A stretch of 64,000 bases of DNA from Leucoraja ocellata (taxonomy: Eukaryota), in NCBI GenBank assembly GCA_036785375.1, contig JAWMAR010000508.1:1178001-1242000 (forward strand). Reading direction: 5' to 3'. Below the pieces are notes generated by a model. That model was not told the DNA's origin. It made no database searches and saw only the letters and a list, made by a program, of their open reading frames with translations. Below, piece after piece: positions 11,401 to 23,400 of this stretch (position 1 is the stretch's first letter; each line of letters starts with the position of its first letter). Made by a program: the position numbers and the translations under genes.

Positions 11401-14400
11401 TGGTTTATCGCGTTCAGTTTTGATCACCCTGCTCGAAGAAGGACGTCGTTAAGCTGGAAAGAGTGCAGAGAATATTCATGAGGATGTTGCCAGCACTCGA
11501 GAATTAGACAGGTACATGGATAGGACAGGTTTGGAGGGATACGGACCAAGTGCAGGCAGGTGGGACTAGTGTAAATGGGGCACGTTGGCTGGTGTGGGCA
11601 AGTTGGGTCGAAGGACCTGTTTCCACTGTATGACTCTATGACTATGGCAGACACAAAATGCTGGAGTAATTCAGCAGGGACAGGCAGCATCTCTGGAGAG
11701 AAGGAATGGGTGATGTTTCGGGAAGAGTTCCTTCTTCAGACCAACCCAAAACGTCACCCATTCCTGCTCTCCAGAGATGCTGCCTGTCCCGCTGAGTTAC
11801 TACCTTCGATTTAAACTGAGGCATCTGCAGTTCTTTCCTACACGGTAAATTGGTACACCGGCTAAATTTCTACACTGGTAAATTGGATTAGTAAGTATGC
11901 AGATGATACCAAGATAGGAGGTGTTGTGGATAATGAAGAGGATTTCCAAAGTCTACAGAGTGATTTAGGCCATTTGGAAAAATGGGCTGAAAGATGGCAG
12001 ATGGAGTTTAATGCTGATAAATGTGAGGTGCTACACCTTGGCAGGACAAATCAAAATAGGACGTACATGGTAAATGGTAGGGAATTGAAGAATACAGTTG
12101 AACAGAGGGATCTGGGTATAACCGTGCATAGTTCCTTGAAGGTGGAATCTCATATAGATAGGGTGGTAAAGAAAGCGTTTGGTATGCTAGCCTATATAAA
12201 TCAGAGCATTGAGTATAGAAGCTGGGATGTAATGTTAAAATTGTACAAGGACATTATTGCCCTAGAGGGAGTGCAGAGAAGGTTCACCAGACTGATTCCT
12301 GGGATGTCAGGACTGTCTTATGAAGAAAGACTGGATAGACTTGGTTTATACTCTCTAGAATTTAGGAGATTGAGAGGGGATCTTATAGAAACTTACAAAA
12401 TTCTTAAGGGGTTGGACAGGCTAGATGCAGGAAGATTGCTCTCGATGTTGGGGAAGTCCAGGACAAGGGGTCACAGCTTAAGGATAAGGGGGAAATCCTT
12501 TAAAAACGAGATGAGAAGAACCTTTTTCACACAGAGAGTGGTGAATCTCTGGAACTCTCTGCCGCAGAGGGTAGTCGAGGCCAGTTCATTGGCTATATTT
12601 AAGAGGGAGTTAGATGTGGCCCTTGTGGCTAAGGGGATCAGAGGGTATGGAGAGAAGGCAGGTACGGGATACTGAGTTGGATGATCAGCCATGATCATAT
12701 TGAATGGCGGTGCAGGCTCGAAGGAATTTACTAGATTTACTAGATTTACAGAGGAGATTTACTAGAATGTTGCCTGGGTTTCAACAACTAAGTTACAGAG
12801 ATAGGTTGAATTAGTTAGGTCTTTATTCTCTGGAGCGCAGAAGGTTAAGGGAGGACTTGATAGAGGTCTTTAAAATGATGAGAGGGATAGACAGAGTTTT
12901 CCCTTTGAGAATAGGGAAGATTCAAACAAGAGGACATGACTTCAGAATGAAGGGACAGAAGTTTAGGGGTAATATGAGGGGGAACTTCTTTACTCAGAGA
13001 GTGGTAGCGGTGTGGAATGAGCTTCCAGTGGAAGTGGTGGAGGCAGGTTCATTGGTATCATTTAAAAATAAATTGGATAGGCATATGGATGAGAAGGGAA
13101 TGGAGGGTTATGGTATGAGTGCAGGCAGGTGGGACTAAGGGAAAAAAAAGTTGTTCGGCACGGACTTGTAGGGCCGAGATGGCCTGTTTCCGTGCTGTAA
13201 TTGTTATATGGTTATATGGTTATATGGTTACTATGACCATGACTATGGCTCGATGACTCATCCCCCCCATAGATGTCCTCACCTTCCATCGGCAGATACA
13301 CCTTGAACAAGGCTTCCCCGTGTCGGTTACGGACTGCGCACAAGACCATCACGTCCCCCCCTGCATCGCCCCCTCTCAGGGTGAGGGTGCCATTCACCAG
13401 ATGCCCGCCTGCCACCTGCCAGCTGTGGAGACGTCCGCGGGTTTGATTTCCGCTGAGGTTGGCGAGGGGCCAGGTGAGCTCTCCGGGTGGGTTGTACCTG
13501 GCCGCACACACACAGGTGACACTCTCAGGTGTGCGAGTGCATCCCGAATCCCAGGAAATCTCCGGCGCATCTGGAGAGGGTGGAACAAGACACGACAGAG
13601 ATGGATTTTTCTCAAGAGAGGGTTAGATTTAGCTATTAGGGCTAAAGGAATCAAGGGATATGTGGAATCAGGTGGAACGGGGGTACTGATTTTAGAACAG
13701 CCATGATCGTATTGAATGGCGACGTTGGCTTGAAGGGCCGAATGGCGGAAAAAAGTTCTTCTCATATCGGTTTTAAAGGATTTCCCCCTTATCCTTAAGC
13801 TGTGACCCCTTGTCCTGGACTTCCCCAACATCGGGAGCAATCTTCCTGCATCTAGCCTGTCCAACCCCGTAAGAATTTTGTACGTTTCTATAAGATCCCC
13901 CCTCAATCTTCTAAATTCTAGCGAGTACAAGCCGAGTCTATCCAGTCTTTCTTCATATGAAAGTCCTGACATCCCAGGAATCAGTCTGGTGAACCTTCTC
14001 TGTACTCCCTCTATGGCAAGAATGTCTTTCCTCGGATTAGGAGACCAAAACTGTACGCAATACTCCAGGTGTGGTCTCATCAAGACCCTGTACAACTGCA
14101 GTAGAACCTCCCTGCTCCTATACTCAAATCCTTTTGCTACAATCTTCCTGCATCCAGCCTGTCCAACCCCTTAAGAATTTTTTTAGTTTCTATAAGATCC
14201 CCTCTCAATCTTCTAATTTCTAGCGAGTACAAGCCGAGTCTATCCAGTCTTTCTTCATATGAAAGTCCTGACATCCCAGGAATCAGTCTGGTGAACCTTC
14301 TCAGTACTCCCTCTAAGGCAAGAATGTCTTTCCTCAGATTAGGAGACCAAAACTGTACGCAATACTCCAGGTGTGGTCTCACCAAGACCCTGTACAACTG

Positions 14401-17400
14401 CAGTAGAACCTCTCTGCTCCTATACTCAAATCCTTTTGCTATGAATGCTAACATACCATTGGCTTTCTTCACTGCCTGCTGCACCTGCATGCCTACTTTC
14501 AATGACTGGTGTAACATGACACCCAGGTCTCGTTGCATCTCCCCTTTTCCTAATCGGCCACCATTCAGATAATAGTCTACTTTCCTGTTTTTGCCACCAA
14601 AGTGGATAACCTCACATTTATCCACATTATACTGCATCTGCCATGCATTTGCCCACTCACCCAGCCTATCCAAGTCACCTTACAGCCTCCTAGCATCCTC
14701 CTCACAGCTAACATTGCCCCCCAACTTCGAGTCATCCGCAAACTTGGAGATGTTGCATTTAATTCCCTTATCCAGATCATTAATATATATTGTATTCATA
14801 TATATGTAGTAATATATACTGTAATTTACTGTCCAACCCCTTAAGAATTTTGTAAGTTTCTATAAGATCCCTCCTCAATCTTCTAAATTCTAGCGAGTAC
14901 AAGCCGAGTCTATCCAGTCTTTCTTCATATGAAAGTCCTGGCATCCTGATGACTTATCAACTACATAGAAAACAATCCAAATATCTCCAACCTCTTTAGT
15001 TTAGTTTCGAGATAAAGCACGGAAATATGCCCTTCAACCCACCATGTGTATGCTGACCAGCGATATCCCCGCACAATTAGACTATCCCACACACACTAGG
15101 GACAATTTACAATTTATACCATGTCAATTAACCTACAAACCTGTATGACTTGAGTGTGGGAGGAAACCGCAGCACCCGGAGAAAACCAACTCAGATCATG
15201 AGGCGAATGGTATGTTAGCTTTCATTGCAAAAGGATTTGAGTATAGGAGCAGGGAGGTTCCACTGCAGTTGTACAGGGTCTCGGTGAGACCACACCTGGA
15301 GTATTGCGTACAGTTTTGGTCTTCAAATCTGAGGAAGGACATTATTACCATAGAGGGAGTGCAGAGAAGGTTCACCAGACTGATTCCTGGGATGTCAGGA
15401 CTGCCTTATGAAGAAAGACTGGATAGACTTGGTTTATACTCTCTAGAATTTAGGAGATTGAGAGGGGATCTTATAGAAACTTACAAAATTCTAAAGGGGT
15501 TGGACAGGCTAGATGCAGGAAGATTGCAACCAAGTCTATCCAGTCTTTCTTCATAAGACAGTCCTGACATCCCAGGAATCAGTCTGGTGAACCTTCTCTG
15601 CACTCCCTCTATGGCAATAATGTCCTTCCTCAGATTTGGAGACCAAAACTGTACGCAATACTCCAGGTGTGGTCTCACCAGGGCCCTGTACAACTGCAGT
15701 AGAACCTCCCTGCTCCTATACTCAAATCCTTTTGCTATGAAAGCTAACATACCATTCGCTTTCTTCACTGCCTGCTGCACCTGCATGCCTACTTTCAATG
15801 ACTGGTGTACCATGACACCCAGGTCTCGCTGCATCTCCCCTTTTCCTAGTCGGCCACCATTTAGATAACAGGTGCAGCAGGCAGTGAAGAAAGCGAATGG
15901 TATGTTAGCTTTCATAGCAAAAGGATTTGAGTATAGGAGCAGGGAGGTTCTACTGTAGTTAGACAGGGTCTTGGTGAGACCACACCTGGAGTATTGCGTA
16001 CAGTTTTGGTCTCCTAATATGAGGAAGGACATTCTTGCCATAGAGGATTTGATTATAGGAGCAGGGAGGTTCTACTGCAATTGTACAGGGTCTTGGTGAG
16101 ACCACACCTGGAGTATTGCGTACAGTTTTGGTCTCCAAATCTGAGGAAGGGCATTATTGCCATAAAGGGAGTGCAGAGAAGGTTCACCAGACTGATTCCT
16201 GGGATGTCAGGACTGTCTTATGAAGAAAGACTGGATAGACTTGGTTTATACTCTCTAGAATTTAGAAGTTTGAGGGGGGATCTTATAGAAACTTACAAAA
16301 TTCTTAAGGGGCTAGATGCAGGAAGATTGCTCCTGATGTTGGGGAAGTCCAGGACAAGGGGTCACAGCTTAAGGATAAGGGGGGAATCCTTTAAAATCGA
16401 GATGAGAAGAACTTTTTTCACACAGAGAGTGGTGAATCTCTGGAACTCTCTGCCACAGAGGGTAGTCGAGGTCACAGTTCATTGGCTATATTTAAGAAGG
16501 AGTTAGATGTGGCCCTTGTGGCTAAGGGGATCAGGGGGTATGGAGAGAAGGCAGGTACGGGATACTGAGTTGGATGATCAGCCATGATCATATTGAATGG
16601 CGGTGCAGGCTCACAGGGCCTAATGGCATACTCCTGCACCTAATTTCAATGTTTCTATGTTTGGAGGGATATGGGCCAAACGTGGGCAAGTGGGACTCTT
16701 TAAAGCTGGGACATGTAGGCCGTTGAAAGCAAGTTGAGCCGAAGGGCCTGTGATCACCCTCTATCACTATGATTCCAAGGCTCTATGAGAAGGCAGAATG
16801 GGGTTAGGAGAGAGAGATAGATCAGCCATGATTGAATGGTGGAGTAGACGGCCATTCGGCCCTCTAATTCTGCTTCTATCAAATATGACCTTATGATGTT
16901 TTGTGGGGATATGTCAGTGTGTATCTACTCACATTCTACAGTGAGGGTCACATTCCTCTCTGCTGTCCCGTGTCCATTCTCTGCCACACACTGATAGACC
17001 CCAGCGTCCTGCCATGTCAGCTGAGGGAACTCCATCCACAGCTCGTTGTTGGAACGTGTTGTGTTCAGCGTGTCACCGAGATGTCTCCACGTCAGGTTAG
17101 ATGTTGGGAAACTCTGGACGGAGCAGAGGATCGCTGCAGAGTTCCCTTCCTTTATACTGACCCAGGAACTGTTCACGTCATCGGGGGAAGTGATTGATAG
17201 ATTCTGGGGGGCGTCTACAAACAGATAAAATGCAGCAATCAGTTTTGTGGCACTTACATAGAAACATAGAAATTAGGTGCAGGAGTAGAGGCCGTTCGGC
17301 CCTTCGAGCCTGCACCGCCATTCAATATGATCATGGCTGATCATCCAACTCAGTATCCCGTACCTGCCTTCTCTCCATACCCCCTGATCCCCTTAGCCAC

Positions 17401-20400
17401 AAGGGCCACATCTAACACCCTCTTAAATATAGCCAATGAACTGTGGCCTCGACTACCCTCTGCGGCAGAGAGTTCCAGAGATTCACCACTCTCTGTGTGA
17501 AAAAAGTTCTTCTCATCTCGGTTTTAAAGGATTTCCCCCTTATCCTTAATCTGTGACCCCTTGTCCTGGACTTCCCCAACATCGGGAACAAACTTCCTGC
17601 ATCTAGCCTGTCCAACCCCTTAAGAATTTTGTAAGTTTCTATAAGATCCCCTCTCAATCTCCTAAATTCTCGAGAGTATAAACCAAGTCTATCCAGTCTT
17701 TCTTCATAAGACAGTCCTGACATCCCAGGAATCAGTCTGGTGAACCGTCTCTGCACTCCCTCTATGGCAATAATGTCCTTCCTCAGATTTGGAGACCAAA
17801 ACTGTACGCAATACTCCAGGTGTGGTCTCACCAAGACCCTGTACAACTGCAGTAGAACCTCCCTGCTCCTATACTCAAATCCTTTTGCTATGAAAGCTGA
17901 CATACCATTCGCTTTCTTTACTGCCTGCTGAACCTGCATGCCTACTTTCAATGACTGGTGTACCATGACACCCAGGTCTCGCTGCATCTCTCCTTTTCGT
18001 AGTCGGCCACCATTTAGATAATAGACTGCTTTCCTGTTTTGCCACCAAAATGGATAACCTCACATTTATGATGTTTTGAGGGGACATGACAGTCTGTGTC
18101 TACTCACATTCTACAGTGAGGGTCACATTCCTCTCTGCTGTCCCGTGTTCATTCTCTGCCACACACTGATAGACCCCAGCTTCCTGCCATGTCAGCTGAG
18201 GGAACTCCATCCACAGCTCGTTGTTGGAACGTGTTGTGTTCAGCGTGGCACCGAGATGTCTCCACGTCAGGTTAGATGCTGGGAAACTCTGGACGGAGCA
18301 GAGGATCGCTGCAGAGTTTCCTGCCTTTACAATGACCCGGGAACTGTTCACGTTGGCGGGGAAAGTGAGCGAGAGATTCCGCGGGGCATCTAAAGATAAG
18401 CAAAGGTTTAAACGTGTGTTCGCATGGCAGAGTTCCACGTGTCAAACAAGACAATACGGAGAGAAAAGATGCAGTATGGATGCGACTAGTCTCGACCCGA
18501 AACCCTTATCTAAATGGTGGCCGACTAGGAAAAGGGGAGATGCAGCGAGACCTGGGTGTCATGGTACACCAGTCATTGAAAGTAGGCATGCAGGTGCAGC
18601 AGGCAGTGAAGAAAGCCAATGGTATGTTAGCTTACATAGCAAAAGGATTTGAGTCTAGGAGCAGGGAGGTTCTACTGCAGTTATACAGGGTCTTGGTGAG
18701 ACCACACCTGGAGTATTGCGTACAGTTTTGGTCTCCTAATATGAGGAAGGATATTCTTGCCATAGAGGATTTGATTATAGGAGCAGGGAGGTTCTACTGC
18801 AATTGTACAGGGTCTTGGTGAGACCACACCTGGAGTATTGCGTACAGTTTTGGTCTCCAAATCTGAGGAAGGACATTATTGCCATAGAGGGAGTGCAGAG
18901 AAGGTTCACCAGACTGATTCCCGGGATGTCAGGACTGTCTTATGAAGAAAGACTGGATAGACTTGGTTTATACTCTCTAGAATTTAGGAGATTGAGAGGG
19001 GATCTTATAGAAACTTACAAAATTCTTAAGGGGTTGGACAGGCTAGATGCAGGAAGATTGCTCCCGATGTTGGGGAAGTCCAGGACAAGGGGTCACAGCT
19101 TAAGGATAAGGGGGTAATTCGTTAAAACCGAGATGAGAAGAACATTTTTCACACAGAGAGTGGTGAATCTCTGGAACTCTCTGCCACAGAGGGTAGTCGA
19201 GGCCACAGTTCATTGGCTATATTTAAGAGGGAGTTAGATGTGGCCCTTGTGGCTAAGGGGATCAGGGGGTATGGAGAGAAGGCAGGTACGGGATACTGAG
19301 TTGGATGATCAGCCATGATCATATTGAACGGCGGTGCAGGCTCACAGGGCCTAATGGCCTACTCCTGCACCTAATTTCTATGTTTCTATGTTTGGAGGAT
19401 TATGGGCCAAACGTGGGCAAGTGGGACTCTTTAAAGCTGGGACATGTAGGCCGTTGAAAGCAAGTTGAGCCGAAGGGCCTGTGATCACCCTCTATCACTA
19501 TGATTCCAAGGCTCTATGAGAAGGCAGAATGGGGTTAGGAGGGAGAGATAGATCAGCCATGATTGAATGGTGGAGTAGACGGCCATTCGGCCCTCTAATT
19601 CTGCTTCTATCAAATATGACCTTATGATGTTTTGTGGGGATATGTCAGTGTGTATCTACTCACATTCTACAGTGAGGGTCACATTCCTCTCTGCTGTCCC
19701 GTGTCCATTCTCTGCCACACACTGATAGACCCCAGCGTCCTGCCATGTCAGCTGAGGGAACTCCATCCACAGCTCGTTGTTGGAACGTGTTGTGTTCAGC
19801 GTGTCACCGAGATGTCTCCACGTCAGGTTAGATGTTGGGAAACTCTGGACGGAGCAGAGGATCGCTGCAGAGTTCCCTTCCTTTATACTGACCCAGGAAC
19901 TGTTCACGTCATCGGGGGAAGTGATTGATAGATTCTGGGGGGCGTCTACAAACAGATAAAATGCAGCAATCAGTTTTGTGGCACTTACATAGAAACATAG
20001 AAATTAGGTGCAGGAGTAGAGGCCGTTCGGCCCTTCGAGCCTGCACCGCCATTCAATATGATCATGGCTGATCATCCAACTCAGTATCCCGTACCTGCCT
20101 TCTCTCCATACCCCCTGATCCCCTTAGCCACAAGGGCCACATCTAACACCCTCTTAAATATAGCCAATGAACTGTGGCCTCGACTACCCTCTGCGGCAGA
20201 GAGTTCCAGAGATTCACCACTCTCTGTGTGAAAAAAGTTCTTCTCATCTCGGTTTTAAAGGATTTCCCCCTTATCCTTAATCTGTGACCCCTTGTCCCGG
20301 ACTTCCCCAACATCGGGAACAAACTTCCTGCATCTAGCCTGTCCAACCCCTTAAGAATTTTGTAAGTTTCTATAAGATCCCCTCTCAATCTCCTAAATTC

Positions 20401-23400
20401 TCGAGAGTATAAACCAAGTCTATCCAGTCTTTCTTCATAAGACAGTCCTGACATCCCAGGAATCAGTCTGGTGAACCGTCTCTGCACTCCCTCTATGGCA
20501 ATAATGTCCTTCCTCAGATTTGGAGACCAAAACTGTACGCAATACTCCAGGTGTGGTCTCACCAAGACCCTGTACAACTGCAGTAGAACCTCCCTGCTCC
20601 TATACTCAAATCCTTTTGCTATGAAAGCTGACATACCATTCGCTTTCTTTACTGCCTGCTGAACCTGCATGCCTACTTTCAATGACTGGTGTACCATGAC
20701 ACCCAGGTCTCGCTGCATCTCTCCTTTTCGTAGTCGGCCACCATTTAGATAATAGACTGCTTTCCTGTTTTGCCACCAAAATGGATAACCTCACATTTAT
20801 GATGTTTTGAGGGGACATGACAGTCTGTGTCTACTCACATTCTACAGTGAGGGTCACATTCCTCTCTGCTGTCCCGTGTTCATTCTCTGCCACACACTGA
20901 TAGACCCCAGCTTCCTGCCATGTCAGCTGAGGGAACTCCATCCACAGCTCGTTGTTGGAACGTGTTGTGTTCAGCGTGGCACCGAGATGTCTCCACGTCA
21001 GGTTAGATGCTGGGAAACTCTGGACGGAGCAGAGGATCGCTGCAGAGTTTCCTGCCTTTACAATGACCCGGGAACTGTTCACGTTGGCGGGGAAAGTGAG
21101 CGAGAGATTCCGCGGGGCATCTAAAGATAAGCAAAGGTTTAAACGTGTGTTCGCATGGCAGAGTTCCACGTGTCAAACAAGACAATACGGAGAGAAAAGA
21201 TGCAGTATGGATGCGACTAGTCTCGACCCGAAACCCTTATCTAAATGGTGGCCGACTAGGAAAAGGGGAGATGCAGCGAGACCTGGGTGTCATGGTACAC
21301 CAGTCATTGAAAGTAGGCATGCAGGTGCAGCAGGCAGTGAAGAAAGCCAATGGTATGTTAGCTTACATAGCAAAAGGATTTGAGTCTAGGAGCAGGGAGG
21401 TTCTACTGCAGTTATACAGGGTCTTGGTGAGACCACACCTGGAGTATTGCGTACAGTTTTGGTCTCCTAATATGAGGAAGGATATTCTTGCCATAGAGGA
21501 TTTGATTATAGGAGCAGGGAGGTTCTACTGCAATTGTACAGGGTCTTGGTGAGACCACACCTGGAGTATTGCGTACAGTTTTGGTCTCCAAATCTGAGGA
21601 AGGACATTATTGCCATAGAGGGAGTGCAGAGAAGGTTCACCAGACTGATTCCCGGGATGTCAGGACTGTCTTATGAAGAAAGACTGGATAGACTTGGTTT
21701 ATACTCTCTAGAATTTAGGAGATTGAGAGGGGATCTTATAGAAACTTACAAAATTCTTAAGGGGTTGGACAGGCTAGATGCAGGAAGATTGCTCCCGATG
21801 TTGGGGAAGTCCAGGACAAGGGGTCACAGCTTAAGGATAAGGGGGTAATTCGTTAAAACCGAGATGAGAAGAACATTTTTCACACAGAGAGTGGTGAATC
21901 TCTGGAACTCTCTGCCACAGAGGGTAGTCGAGGCCACAGTTCATTGGCTATATTTAAGAGGGAGTTAGATGTGGCCCTTGTGGCTAAGGGGATCAGGGGG
22001 TATGGAGAGAAGGCAGGTACGGGATACTGAGTTGGATGATCAGCCATGATCATATTGAATGGCGGTGCAAGCTCACAGGGCCTAATGGCCTACTCCTGCA
22101 CCTAATTTCTATGTTTCTATGTTTGGAGGAATATGGGCCAAACGTGGGCAAGTGGGACTCTTTAAAGCTGGGACATGTAGGCCGTTGAAAGCAAGTTGAG
22201 CCGAAGGACCTGTGATCACCCTCTATCACTATGATTCCAAGGATCTATGCGAAGGCAGGAGAATGGGGTTAGGAGGGAGAGATAGATCAGCCATGATTGA
22301 ATGGTGGAGTAGACGGCCATTCGGCCCTCTAATTCTGCTTCTATCATATATGACCTTATGATGTTTTGTGGGGATATGTCAGTGTGTATCTACTCACATT
22401 CTACAGTGAGGGTCACATCCCTCTCTGCTGTCCCGTGTTCATTCTCTGCCACACACCGATAGACCCCAGCGTCCTGCCATGTCAGCTGAGGGAACTCCAT
22501 CCACAGCTCGTTGTTGGAACGTGTTGTGTTCAGCGTGTCACCGAGATGTCTCCACATCAGGTTAGATGCTGGGAAACTCTGGACGGAGCAGAGGATCGCT
22601 GCAGAGTTTGCTTCCTTTACACTGACCCAGGAACTGTTCACATCATCGGGGGAAGTGATTGATAGATTCTGCGGGGCGTCTACAAACAGATAAAATTCAG
22701 CAATCAGTTTTGTGGCACTTACATAGAAACATAGAAATTAGGTGCAGGAGTAGGCCATTCGGCCCTTCGAGCCTGCACCATTCGCCATTCAATATGATCA
22801 TGGCTGATCATCCAACTCAGTATCCCGTACCTGCCTTCTCTCCATACCCCCTGATCCCCTTAGCCACAAGGGCCACATCTAACTCCCTCTTAAATATAGC
22901 CAATGAACTGTGGCCTCGACTACCCTCTGCGAAAGAGAGTTCCACAGATTCACCACTCTCTGTGTGAAAAAAAGTTCTTCTCATCTCGGTTTTAAAGGAT
23001 TTCCCCCGTATCCTTAAGCTGTGACCCCTTGTCCTGGACTTCCCCAACATCGGGAGCAATCTTCCTGCATCTAGCCTGTCCAACCCCTTAAGAATTTTGT
23101 AAGTTTCTATAAGATCTCAGTCTCCTAAATTCTAGAGAGTATAAACCAAGTCTATCCAGTCTTTCTTCATAAGACAGTCCTGACATCCCAGGAATCAGTC
23201 TGGTGAACCTTCTCTGCACTCCCTCTATGGCAATAATGTCCTTCCTCAGATTTGGAGACCAAAACTGTACGCAATACTCCAGGTGTGGTCTCACCAAGAC
23301 CCTGTACAACTGCAGTAGAACCTCCCTACTCCTATACTCCTATGGGAGAAGCCAGAGGGTAATGGTGGATGGCTGTTTATCGGGTTGGAGGCAGGTGATA

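Larger units (their letters stand above)
4036..13600. repeat. Segmental duplication copy 1 (paralogous to about 36881-49130)
   Basis: Same unique sequence, exons and CR1/SINE junctions in the same order. Confidence 0.9.
15869..23338. repeat. Intragenic tandem duplication, about 2731-bp unit (about 2.7 copies), each carrying two Ig exons and two inverted CR1 fragments
   Basis: Exon offsets 16933->19664 and 18108->20839 are 2731 bp, and 19664->22398 is 2734 bp. Units near-identical by eye. Confidence 0.92.

Noticed and set aside
16901-22693. Plus-strand ORFs of about 60-140 aa repeated several times
   Set aside because: Antisense shadows of the Ig exons.
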